Source: Desulfomonilia bacterium
Lineage (GTDB): Bacteria > Desulfobacterota > Desulfomonilia > UBA1062
Reading direction: 5' to 3'
DNA: 37,127 nt
Assembly: GCA_049275795.1 (NCBI GenBank)
Contig: JBASVF010000098.1
Coordinates: 1 to 37,127, forward strand
Of the stretch, positions 9,088-17,824 are shown piece by piece. The position numbers were made by a program, and so were the translations under genes. The notes beneath the pieces were generated by a model. That model was not told the origin of the DNA. It ran no database searches and was given only the letters and a program-made list of their open reading frames with translations. Within the stretch, counting starts at the first letter, position 1; each line of letters begins with the position of its first letter.

Positions 9088-10044
9088 TCAGAAGGGCAAG
9101 CAGCGGGGTCCTGGAGCGCCCGATCCCTCAATGCTCCTCATCTCACCCGAGGCCGCCGATGACTCGATCGACAGGCAGAGCCGGTTGAGCGCCCGGTTGA
9201 GAAAAGGGACGAACTCCCTCGCGGCCTGCGCGTTTCCCTCGGCATTCGGATGGCACTCTTTCCCTGCAGCCGAGGGATATCTCAACCAGTTGGAGATGCC
9301 GTTGGCCGTGAGCACGTCGTAGTAATCGAAGACGGCCACGTTGTTAAGCGGGTAGTCGCACAGCCACCCGGAGTGAATGTTCTTGAGCCAGTTGTTGAAC
9401 GCGCGGATCCGCTTCCCCATGCCGTCGATGTCCATGTCGGCCTGCCTGCCGAGGATGCGTCCGAAAAACCCCTGCTCGGGCTCGGGCTTCTTGAGCGGAG
9501 CCGCGGTGAGGACGATGAACAGGGTCCGGGGCTCCTGCTGGAAATGCCCCAGGAGGGCCCGGTACGCGGCCTTGTAGTTCAGGTCGGTCTTTTCCGGTGA
9601 GTCCGGATTGCCGCGTCCGGTACCGTCGGCATGGATCCGGCTGGCCTCGGGTCCTGACTGGAACATGACCACCCGGTTCCTGGTTCCATCGGCAAAAACC
9701 GTGTCCTGGTGCCTGGTGGCCAGGATGCGCCTCATCTGGCTGCGGAATATCCGGTGCCAGTGGCACACGTCGGTGTGCGTGCCTATGGCCGAGCCGATGG
9801 ATGCCTCGTGGACCACGTAGTTGCTCTGCGTCAGCAGCGTCCTGAGCCCCCCGCCATTGGGGTGCGCGCGGTAAATGCCCGATTCCCCGCTCAACCTGCC
9901 GGGGTTTGCCATGAACTCCCCGTCTGCAGGGTGATGGATGAAGAGCAGGTGAACCGGCCGGTCGGGCCCGCGATCGGAATATCCTGAGAAGTCGGGTTCT
10001 CTGATGTCCATGATCGGTTCTTCTGCAAGATCGTTGCCTGTCAT
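9088..10044 (-). CDS. hypothetical protein, possibly a divergent SGNH/GDSL-like hydrolase
   Basis: The only recognisable element is a block-V-like CHPNAEGNAQAAREFVPFL near the C-terminus. No clear GDS block I is present. The start is uncertain (10044 versus 10146). Confidence 0.45.
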   Translation of the reverse strand: MTGNDLAEEPIMDIREPDFSGYSDRGPDRPVHLLFIHHPADGEFMANPGRLSGESGIYRAHPNGGGLRTLLTQSNYVVHEASIGSAIGTHTDVCHWHRIFRSQMRRILATRHQDTVFADGTRNRVVMFQSGPEASRIHADGTGRGNPDSPEKTDLNYKAAYRALLGHFQQEPRTLFIVLTAAPLKKPEPEQGFFGRILGRQADMDIDGMGKRIRAFNNWLKNIHSGWLCDYPLNNVAVFDYYDVLTANGISNWLRYPSAAGKECHPNAEGNAQAAREFVPFLNRALNRLCLSIESSAASGEMRSIEGSGAPGPRCLPF

Positions 10045-10418
10045 GATGTCAAAAATACAGCATCCGGCACTCTGATGAGGGTCAAATAAGAGGATGACCC
10101 CGATCTTCCCGCAGAAAGGCGGTTTGCCCGGGGATGGCACGCCCATCCGCTCATGCCTACGCCAGGTCCCCGGCTTCTTTTTACTTGCACGATGGTGTGT
10201 GCCGGCTGTCGGGACACGAGACGAATCCCCTTTTCGTTACCGGGAGAATCGTAACCGGTTACGGAGAGAGTTACACCGGCCCGGGGATCAGACCGGACCG
10301 AAAGCCCGGGCCTGTTGACGGATTCATGGGGTTTGATTGGTCAATATCCACCACCCGGTGGTGTTCTGCGCCCCCGCGCCGCCCTGCCCTCTCCCGGTCC
10401 GATGCAGCACCTTTGGCC

Positions 10419-11867
10419 TCACGCCCTGTCGAACTCGGCCTCCCACTGGTTCTCGATCAGGGCCAGCCGGTTGATCTGGTTGGTGCCCTCGTAGATCTGG
10501 GTCAGCCGCGAGTCGCGCCACAGGCGCTCGGCCGAGTTGGCGTGCAGGTAGCCGTGGTCGCCCATGAGCTCCATCGCCTGGCTCGCAACCTTGAAAGCGG
10601 TATCCGATGCCACCACCTTGGCCGCGGCCGAGGCTGACTGGCTGCACCGGAAGTTCCCGCAGCTGTGCCAGATCATGGTGCGCGCCGACCACAGGCTCAT
10701 GTGCATGTCCGCCAGGGTGAGCTGTACGTCCTGGTAGTCGATCAGGCGCTTGTTGCCCAGCCTGGTGCGGCGGCAGAACTCGAGGGCCCGCTCGAAGGCT
10801 CCCCTTCCGTGGCCGAGGGCCATGGCCCCCACCACGGGCCGGGAGTAGTTGAGCACGTTGCGGTTGTTCGCCCAGCCGCTCCTGAGCTTACCCACCACGT
10901 TCTTTTCCGGTACGAAGACATCCTCGAGGACCAGCTCCGAGGCATCAGCAGCCCGCTGGCCGAGCTTGTGCTCGCGCCTGCCCACCGAGAAGCCGGGCAT
11001 GCCCTTTTCCACGACAAAGCAGGTCCACGACTCGATGCCCTCGCCCTCGAGCCTGGCGTAGAGCGTCACCTTGTCCGCTATTGCCCCGTTCGAGATAAAG
11101 CACTTGCGCCCGTTGATCACATAGCCGCCCCTGGCCCGTCTGGCGGTCGTAACCAGACGGGCCTTGGCGCCGCCCACGGTTTCCTCCACGTCCGAGCCCG
11201 CCCCGGGTTCGGTGATGGCAAAGGCCATTGCCTCGCTCGCGCCCATACGCAGGCGCAGGTACAGGGGCAGGAGATGGCGCAAGATCGAAGGAACGTGCCC
11301 GGAGAGCACCAGCGGGGCGCAGCCCAGGTGGTGGGCCATGAGCAGCAGGCACAGCCCGCCGCACTCCGCGGCGAACTCCTCGGCTGCCACTGCAATCTGC
11401 ATAACCGTGGACCGCAGGTAGGAAAACGGCCAGGCGGTGCCGACCGGGAATGGAAGCAGCAGGGTCTGGAAGCCCGCCCGCGCTGCAGCTGCCATCAGGG
11501 GCTTGTGATCGAAGGAATAGGGGTCCTGGTCCGCGCTCAAGGCCAGGGGCCGGATGTGCTCACGGGCAAAGGCACGCGCCTTTCGCCGCCAGTAGCGGGC
11601 GCCCAGGGGCAGGCTGGCGGTGTCGCGCTCCCAGATGGTCTTTTCTCCGCAGTCGACCAGCAGGCCGCCCAGGATGTTCATGGTCCGGCTCGCGCCGGGC
11701 ATGCCCAGCCGGGCGATACGCTCTCTGAGCTCAGGATCGGGCGCCCCGGGGAGCCCGTATCCCGGGCAGGACGACATCCCGGCTGCAGGCGCTGACCCGG
11801 CTTGACCGGCGCCGGTCCGGGAAGGGCTCCCGCCCTGCCTCACGACGGTCGACTTGAATTCCTTCAT
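10419..11867 (-). CDS. acyl-CoA dehydrogenase, catalytically competent subunit
   Basis: It carries the FAD/substrate motif AFAITEPGAGSD and the catalytic-base motif TQIYEGTNQINRL. The ATG at 11867 overlaps the upstream stop (ATGA). A ~60-aa G/A/P/S-rich N-terminal extension is present; the alternative start is the ATG at 11681 (MNILGG). The 802-aa track ORF is a read-through artefact. Confidence 0.85.
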   Translation of the reverse strand: MKEFKSTVVRQGGSPSRTGAGQAGSAPAAGMSSCPGYGLPGAPDPELRERIARLGMPGASRTMNILGGLLVDCGEKTIWERDTASLPLGARYWRRKARAFAREHIRPLALSADQDPYSFDHKPLMAAAARAGFQTLLLPFPVGTAWPFSYLRSTVMQIAVAAEEFAAECGGLCLLLMAHHLGCAPLVLSGHVPSILRHLLPLYLRLRMGASEAMAFAITEPGAGSDVEETVGGAKARLVTTARRARGGYVINGRKCFISNGAIADKVTLYARLEGEGIESWTCFVVEKGMPGFSVGRREHKLGQRAADASELVLEDVFVPEKNVVGKLRSGWANNRNVLNYSRPVVGAMALGHGRGAFERALEFCRRTRLGNKRLIDYQDVQLTLADMHMSLWSARTMIWHSCGNFRCSQSASAAAKVVASDTAFKVASQAMELMGDHGYLHANSAERLWRDSRLTQIYEGTNQINRLALIENQWEAEFDRA

Positions 11868-13024
11868 ACGAGCACCTCCGCGGATTCGAAGATAAACTGT
11901 TTGAGATACTGCGGGGTTCCGGCCATGCACTTCAGGGTGGCTATGTCCCGCAGCCTCTTCTCCATCCCGTAGTCCTCCATGTAACCGTAACCGCCCAAGA
12001 CCTGCAGAGAGTCGGTAACAGCATCGGCGGCAAGCCGCAGGCCGGCCAGCCGGGCCATGGCACAGGACCTCATGAGGATGGGGTCGCCTTGCTCGATGGC
12101 CGAGGCCTGCCGCACCAGGGCAAGGGCCGCTTCCGTGTTGGCCTCTGCACCGGCTATCAGCATGCGCACCGCGGGAAGGTTCTCGAGGATGGTCCCGCCC
12201 TGGTAGCGCTCCGCGGCATACTTTCGTGCCGCGCGCACGGCGCCCCGGGCAATGCCGGACCCGATCGCCGCCATCCCCAGCCAGTTCAGGCTCAGGGCAT
12301 GCCTCAGGAGCGGAAGGGCGTCGCCGTCGTCGAGCCTGGCCCCGGCGCCAACCGCAACGTCGCTGAAACTCACGTGGTTCAGCTGGGCTGCGCGCAGGCC
12401 CGTGCGCATCCCCACCGGGGTGCAGTTCACGCCGTTGCTCGCGAGAGGGACCAGGAAACACGCCCACCTGTCGTCCACCCGGCAGAACACCACCATCGCC
12501 TCTGCGCCGGGAATGGAGTACACGAAGGGCTTGAACCCCCTGATGCGGTAGCCCCCGTTCTCCTGCCTGGCCTCGCTCAATACGCGGGCCGGCGCATCCA
12601 GTCCCGGATCGCCGAGCGTGCCCCACCCCGGCAGGCCGAATTCCTCCTGGATGGCGGGCGCTACCCGCACGGGCATGGGATCCTGCCTCGCCCCGGACTT
12701 GATGACAATGCTCGACGCCAATCCCTGCGAGTGCAGATTCATGGCCACCCCGCCGCAGGCCTCGGCTACGGCGGAGAGCATCGAGGCGGAGGGGAAGAGG
12801 CCAGTCTCCTCGAGGGCGGCTCCCCATATCCCATAGTCATATCCCGGCTGGCTGGGGTCGGGCGATGCGGCCAGGCCGACGTCGAAGGCCGTGTTCAGGG
12901 CATCGTCTATCCTTTCGGGAAGACCATCCGCATGAACGCCGTCAAAGATCGCGCTCAAGGTCTTGGTTGTATAGGCATGCGTGGTATCGATGAAGCTCTT
13001 CATTTCCAGAGAACTTATGGACAT
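11864..13024 (-). CDS. acyl-CoA dehydrogenase-fold protein lacking the catalytic Glu and the TEPxxGSD motif (putative non-catalytic partner subunit)
   Basis: Its length and C-terminal helical region follow the ACAD pattern (GGYGYMEDYGMEKRLRDIATLKCMAGTPQYLKQFI). CMAGT replaces YEGT at the catalytic base. No TEPxxGSD motif is present. The SD AAGGAGG lies 5 nt upstream of the ATG at 13024. Confidence 0.8.
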   Translation of the reverse strand: MSISSLEMKSFIDTTHAYTTKTLSAIFDGVHADGLPERIDDALNTAFDVGLAASPDPSQPGYDYGIWGAALEETGLFPSASMLSAVAEACGGVAMNLHSQGLASSIVIKSGARQDPMPVRVAPAIQEEFGLPGWGTLGDPGLDAPARVLSEARQENGGYRIRGFKPFVYSIPGAEAMVVFCRVDDRWACFLVPLASNGVNCTPVGMRTGLRAAQLNHVSFSDVAVGAGARLDDGDALPLLRHALSLNWLGMAAIGSGIARGAVRAARKYAAERYQGGTILENLPAVRMLIAGAEANTEAALALVRQASAIEQGDPILMRSCAMARLAGLRLAADAVTDSLQVLGGYGYMEDYGMEKRLRDIATLKCMAGTPQYLKQFIFESAEVLV

Positions 13025-13055
13025 GGCATCCTCCTTGATTTCACAATAAAATTTC

Positions 13056-14294
13056 TTACATCTTTTCCAGTATATGGATGGTCATGGAGGCCTCCTCCAC
13101 CCCCAGGTTGCCGCCGCCGTTCTCGGTCAGGCCAATGCGAGCCCCTTCGACCTGACGCTTGCCCGCCTCTGACCTCAGCTGGGTGACGACCTCGTGAATC
13201 TGGGCCAGTCCCGAGGCCCCGATGGGGTGGCCGCGGCACTCGAGCCCGCCGCTGGTGTTGACGGGGATTTTGCCGCCCAGGGCAGTGGCTCCGCTCATGG
13301 CAAAGGGGCCGCCCTCGCCTGGTGGGCAGAAGCCCATGGCCTCTGTCTGGTGCAGCTCTCCGTACGCGGTGGCGTCGTGGAGCTCGGCCACGTCGATGTC
13401 GTCCGGCCCCAGTCCGGCAGCTTCATAGGCCTGCCTCGACAGGCGCTCGCCGATGTCTTCGCCGTCCATGTCGCGCTCTCTCCCCGATCCGAGCACCGAG
13501 GCCAGGATGCGTACGGGCCGGGCGTTTTTGAGCTTCTTGAGGTAGCTTTCCGAGCACAGGATCACGGCTGCGGCTCCGTCTCCCACCGGCGCGCACATGG
13601 GCCGGGTGAGCGGGTAGGATACCGGACGGTCGGAGAGCACCTCTTCGATCGTCATGTTCTTCTGGTACTGGGCAAGGGGGTTGAGCGAGCCGTGAAAATG
13701 GTTCTTGGCGCAGATTGCCGCCAGTTGCCTCTGGGTGCTGCCGTACTTCGACATGTGCCAGCGAGCCGCCATGGCATAGGCGTCCATGAACACGCTGCGG
13801 TCCGAGCCGGGGGGGGTCTCGTCCGGGGGTATCTCGATGGTGACCCTCCGGTTGAGCTCCATGAACAGATTGAGCGCCTTGTCGAGGTTCTCCACGTCCA
13901 TACACGAAATGTAGGCCCCGAGCGACATGGCCTTGTTGGGGTGCGTGATCTTCTCGACACCGAGCGCCAGGACCACGTCCTGCATCCCGCACTTCACGGC
14001 CATGTACCCCAGGTGCATGGCCGTTGACGCGCCCGCGCACGCATTCTCGCAATTCACGATCGGGATGGAGTCTATGCCCATGTCACGGAGCATGACTTGG
14101 CCGCGGATGGAGTGCTGCCCCGAGAACATTCCCCAGAAGGTGTTCGAGACATAGGCTGCCTGCAGGTCACGTTTTTCGAGCCCTGCATCTTTCAGCACGA
14201 GGTCCACCGCCTCGACGGCCATTCCCCGCACGGTCTTTTCCGGGTACTTGTTGAAGCGTATCATGCCCACGCCGATGACAAATACATCACTCAT
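13056..14294 (-). CDS. SCPx/Ltp-type thiolase (nonspecific lipid-transfer-protein-like)
   Basis: The N-terminus MSDVFVIGVGMIRFNKY is typical. The nucleophile region is NCENACAGAS. ELHDATAYGEL is a variant of the HDCF motif of SCP2 thiolases. The C-terminal region is GGLECRGHPIGASGL. There is an ATGA overlap with the ligase stop. Confidence 0.9.
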   Translation of the reverse strand: MSDVFVIGVGMIRFNKYPEKTVRGMAVEAVDLVLKDAGLEKRDLQAAYVSNTFWGMFSGQHSIRGQVMLRDMGIDSIPIVNCENACAGASTAMHLGYMAVKCGMQDVVLALGVEKITHPNKAMSLGAYISCMDVENLDKALNLFMELNRRVTIEIPPDETPPGSDRSVFMDAYAMAARWHMSKYGSTQRQLAAICAKNHFHGSLNPLAQYQKNMTIEEVLSDRPVSYPLTRPMCAPVGDGAAAVILCSESYLKKLKNARPVRILASVLGSGRERDMDGEDIGERLSRQAYEAAGLGPDDIDVAELHDATAYGELHQTEAMGFCPPGEGGPFAMSGATALGGKIPVNTSGGLECRGHPIGASGLAQIHEVVTQLRSEAGKRQVEGARIGLTENGGGNLGVEEASMTIHILEKM

Positions 14295-15958
14295 CGCTCC
14301 TCCTTTGCCTGGTGCTCTTGAACGTATTCAGGCTGTCTTGCCGTCCTGCCGGCCCCTGACAGGGCATAAACGTTGGCCGCGCCCGGGTCGAAGGCATCCC
14401 TCAGCAGGCGCTCGAGGTTCTTCTCCGAGGCGCTCTTGGGGATCTCCTGGACCACCTGGAGGTACGAGGGTATCGAGTTGGGCTCGAGGCTGGCCTTGAG
14501 CGCCGCCAGTACGCGCCCGGGATCGATGTGCGATCCCCCGGCCAGAACCACGGCCGCCACCAGGTCGCTCTCGCCCGGGGCCCCGGTCTTGGACGGGATG
14601 CCGTAGACACACACGTCGCTGATCTCGGGCAGCTCAGCCAGGGCCTTTTCCACGTACTCCGGCTGGATGAAGTCGCCGTGGCGCCTCAGGCCCCCGCCCT
14701 TGCGGAAGTCGAAGTAAAACCAGCCCTGTTCGTCCCTGTGGCACATGTCTCCGGAACGCAGCCACCCGCCCCGGGTCTTTGCTTCCGAGGCCTCCTTCTT
14801 CCCGTGGTACTCAACGTCTCCCCTGGCGTCGCTGCCCGCCATCCTGCTGATGAGCTCGCCGATCTCGCCCGGTTCGCACTCCGTGTCGTCCTCGCGCACG
14901 ACCTTCATCTCCATGATGCCCTCGAGCGGCTTGCCGAACGAGCCGACCGGGCCCACCCCGACGGGGTTGTGCGCAAAGCCCCCTTCCACAGCCGCGTACC
15001 ACTCGTGGATCTTCACCCCGAAGCGTTCTTCGAAGGCCTTCCAGATGGCGACTGGTGTCCCGGCGCTGATCACAGTGTGCACCGGGTTGTCGGCGTCATC
15101 GGGTCTCCTGGGCTCGCTGTAGATGCCCATCATCATGCCCCCGAGGAGCGAGAAGGTGGTGGCCCCGTACCGGCGGCAGATGTCCCAGAGGCGGCTCTTG
15201 GTGAAGGACCGGCTGACCACGCTCCTGATTCCCAACATCAGGGACGGGGCGACCGTGACCGCCTGGGCGTTGCCGTGGCTCAATGACAACCCGGTGTACA
15301 GGACGTCATCGGGTGCGTACTGCCAGACGATCTGGCCCAGGACCTTGTACATGAGCATGCGGTCGGCCTTGAGCACCACACCCTTGGGGTCTCCCGTGGT
15401 TCCCGAGGTGTAGATGATCTGCATGGGGCTCTTCAGATCGAGGTTGCGCCCGTCCGGAGGCGGCACCTGCGGCCCTTCGAGGACCTCGGCCAGGTCGGGG
15501 CAGCCCTCGAGCCTGATCTGATCGAACCCGGGCTTATAGACGACCCCCAGGATCGCGATGTCCTTGAGCCCCTCGAGGGCCTGCATCACCTCGCCCGAGT
15601 ACTCGTTGGTGAAGATCACACCCTTTGCGCCCGAGTCCGTAAGCTGGTAGCTGAGCTTGCCGCCCTTGGAGCGCGGGTCGATGGGCACGACAACCGAGCC
15701 GGTAAGGGATGCGGCCTGCATGGCGTAGAGAAACTCGGGGTGGTTCCTCATGACCAGGCAGAAGCGGTCGCCCTTGCCGATGCCTGCACGCTTCAGGGCC
15801 GCCGCCAGCTTGCATCCTTTCAGGAAGATGTCGGCGTAGGTGATCTGCTCGGCGGGGTGTTCACCATTCTCGAAGGTGATGATCGGGAAGTCGGGTCGCT
15901 TCTCGTACCACTCTTCGATCTCACAGGAAAACAATCCGGGTACGAAGGAATCCGGCAT
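14291..15958 (-). CDS. FATP/very-long-chain or bile-acid type acyl-CoA synthetase
   Basis: Motifs are IYTSGTTGDPKGV and GWLRSGDMCHRDEQGWFYFDFRKGGGLRRHGDFIQPEYVE (FATP-like). I prefer the ATG at 15958 (MPDSFVPG...), which follows GAGGAGG, over the track start at 16033. Confidence 0.9.
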   Translation of the reverse strand: MPDSFVPGLFSCEIEEWYEKRPDFPIITFENGEHPAEQITYADIFLKGCKLAAALKRAGIGKGDRFCLVMRNHPEFLYAMQAASLTGSVVVPIDPRSKGGKLSYQLTDSGAKGVIFTNEYSGEVMQALEGLKDIAILGVVYKPGFDQIRLEGCPDLAEVLEGPQVPPPDGRNLDLKSPMQIIYTSGTTGDPKGVVLKADRMLMYKVLGQIVWQYAPDDVLYTGLSLSHGNAQAVTVAPSLMLGIRSVVSRSFTKSRLWDICRRYGATTFSLLGGMMMGIYSEPRRPDDADNPVHTVISAGTPVAIWKAFEERFGVKIHEWYAAVEGGFAHNPVGVGPVGSFGKPLEGIMEMKVVREDDTECEPGEIGELISRMAGSDARGDVEYHGKKEASEAKTRGGWLRSGDMCHRDEQGWFYFDFRKGGGLRRHGDFIQPEYVEKALAELPEISDVCVYGIPSKTGAPGESDLVAAVVLAGGSHIDPGRVLAALKASLEPNSIPSYLQVVQEIPKSASEKNLERLLRDAFDPGAANVYALSGAGRTARQPEYVQEHQAKEER

Positions 15959-16110
15959 ACACACCTCCTCGTCTTTGATTTCAATCAATCGTACGGGGCC
16001 CAAGACAATGCCCTGGAAACAATTCCGCCTCAAGCGGCGGGGAACATGACCCGTTCTTCCACGTCCTCATGAAAGCAGACGCAAAGGACGGTTCAATAGA
16101 ACCCACGGTC

Positions 16111-16126
16111 AGCAATGCGTATGCCA
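16111..16126 (-). promoter_or_regulatory. sigma54 (-24/-12) promoter TTGGCAT-ACGCA-TTGC for the ligase-thiolase-ACAD operon
   Basis: The minus strand reads CTCAT-TGGCAT-ACGCA-TTGCT-GACC, with exact GG-N10-GC spacing. It lies ~150 nt upstream of the ligase ATG and directly downstream of a sigma54 activator gene. Confidence 0.6.
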
Positions 16127-16353
16127 ATGAGCGGCGTAACAGCACATATCTACGTATTTCAGCACCTTGGGCGCTTTCCCCGAGCCTGGACGCCTCCCTC
16201 CTGGTTCGCACCTGCACCAAAGGGGTGCTCCTCGGCGGCAGCCTCGATCCCCGGCCCGAGCTGAAAGGTAAGACCATGCTCCTCCGTGCGCTACGGGTTA
16301 TCCGTGAACTCGGGCTGGGTGCCGGCAGGGTGTTTGGCTCGATTGCAAAAGTT

Positions 16354-16369
16354 TTGGCGCGCGCGCCAA
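16354..16369. promoter_or_regulatory. perfect 16-bp palindrome TTGGCGCGCGCGCCAA (candidate enhancer/UAS or regulator-gene hairpin)
   Basis: It is perfectly self-complementary. It lies ~230 bp upstream of the sigma54 -24 element and ~70 nt after the regulator stop. An adjacent CAAAAgTTTTG mini-palindrome lies at 16344-16354. Confidence 0.3.
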
Positions 16370-16438
16370 TGCACACTGCCCGCCGTTCCAGCGCCGGGCC
16401 GGCCTCCTGGCCCGGGATTCCGGCGCCCGGCAGAGCTC

Positions 16439-17800
16439 TTAAGCCCCCTTGAGGAAGTACTTCTTCTTGCGGTACAGGGTCGAGAGATCGAGACCCGAGA
16501 TCCGCGCCGCCTGCTTGATGTCGCCCCCGGTCTCCTCGAAGAGCGCCTCCACGAAACCACGCTCGAAGGCGTACCTGGCGTCCTCGTAGTTCAGCCGCCT
16601 GAAGGAGTTCCCCGTGCGCACGGAGGCCTTCAGCTCGGGCGGCAGGCTCTCCATGCCCACGACCTTCGAGGGGCTGATCACCAGCAGGTACTCCACCAGG
16701 TTCTCGAGCTCGCGCACATTGCCCTCCCACTTGAGCCCGCTCAAGTGGGAAACCAGCTCGGGAGAGAGCTTCCGCCCCTTGAGCCCGTTCTTTGCGCTCA
16801 GCTTCTCCAGGAAGTGCTGCACGAGCACCGGGATGTCCTCGGGCCTCTTGCGCAGCGGCGGCACCTCGATCCTGACCACGTTGATGCGATAGAAGAGGTC
16901 CTTGCGGAACAGCCCCTCCTTCACCAGGGAAGTCAGGTCCTTGCTGGTAGCCGAGATCACCCGGTTGTCGACCTTGATGACCCTGCTGCCTCCGACCCGC
17001 ATGATCTCGCCTTCCTGGAGCACCCTTAAGAGCTTGATCTGGAAGGAGGGGGGAGTCTCCCCGATCTCGTCGAGGAAGATCGTGCCGCCGTGAGCGGTCT
17101 CGAAATAGCCCGCGGTGGTCTTGTGCGCCCCGGTGAAGGCGCCCTTCTCGTAGCCGAAGAGCGTGGGTTCGAGCAGGGTCTCCGGGACGGCCCCGCAGTT
17201 GACGGCGAGGAAGGGGCGGTCCTTGCGCGCCCCCTGCCGGTGGATGAAGCGGGCGATCAGCTCCTTGCCCGTGCCCGACTCTCCATGGATCAGGACCGGG
17301 CTGTCGAACTGGGCCGCCCGGCGGGCCGTCTCTATGACATTGGCCATTGCCCTGCTTGCATAAACGATCTCGTGGGAGTTATCGCAGAGGTCGATCCGCG
17401 CCTTTAACGACTTGTTTTCCTGCTTCAGCCGCAGGCGCTCCAGGCAGTTGTCGATGTCGAGCCGGATCTTGTCGACGCTCGTGAACGGCTTGGCGAAAAA
17501 GTCGTTCGCCCCCAGGCGCATGGCCTCGATCACGGAATCCATGTCGCCGTAGGCCGAGATCATGATGATCATGGTGCGGTCGTCGGCGGATCTTATTCGC
17601 CTGAGCACCTCCATGCCCGAGAGGCGGGGCATACGGATGTCCATGATGATGAGGTCGAACTCTTCGCGCGACCAGAGGTCCAGCGTCTCCTGCCCGTCGC
17701 TGGCGAGTCTCAGGCGGTAGCTCTCGGGCTTGAGTATCCCCCGGAAAAAGGCCCGTACGTACTCCTCGTCATCCGCTACTAGAATCCTCGGGACGGTCAT
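16439..17800 (-). CDS. sigma54-dependent response regulator (NtrC/Fis family enhancer-binding protein)
   Basis: The receiver domain is ILVADDEE...IIMDIRMP. The AAA+ domain has GESGTGKE and the GAFTGA loop (EKGAFTGAHK). The C-terminal Fis-type HTH is AARISGLDLSTLYRKKK. I prefer the ATG at 17800 (GAGGGGG is 8 nt upstream); the track start is 17806. Confidence 0.9.
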   Translation of the reverse strand: MTVPRILVADDEEYVRAFFRGILKPESYRLRLASDGQETLDLWSREEFDLIIMDIRMPRLSGMEVLRRIRSADDRTMIIMISAYGDMDSVIEAMRLGANDFFAKPFTSVDKIRLDIDNCLERLRLKQENKSLKARIDLCDNSHEIVYASRAMANVIETARRAAQFDSPVLIHGESGTGKELIARFIHRQGARKDRPFLAVNCGAVPETLLEPTLFGYEKGAFTGAHKTTAGYFETAHGGTIFLDEIGETPPSFQIKLLRVLQEGEIMRVGGSRVIKVDNRVISATSKDLTSLVKEGLFRKDLFYRINVVRIEVPPLRKRPEDIPVLVQHFLEKLSAKNGLKGRKLSPELVSHLSGLKWEGNVRELENLVEYLLVISPSKVVGMESLPPELKASVRTGNSFRRLNYEDARYAFERGFVEALFEETGGDIKQAARISGLDLSTLYRKKKYFLKGA

Positions 17801-17824
17801 ACCCATACCCCCTCAATGCTTTTT

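Noticed and set aside
10419-12827. 802-aa track ORF suggesting one giant ACAD-containing protein
   Set aside because: Only the C-terminal 482 aa look like protein. The upstream part is an Arg/Gly/Pro-rich read-through that overlaps the real 386-aa ACAD-like gene (11864..13024) in another frame. A clean ATGA junction lies at 11864-11867.
16334-16372. Plus-strand TGGC...TGCA and TGGCGC...ATGC strings resembling sigma54 promoters
   Set aside because: The GG-to-GC spacings are 7 and 13 nt instead of 10. They also face away from any plus-strand gene.
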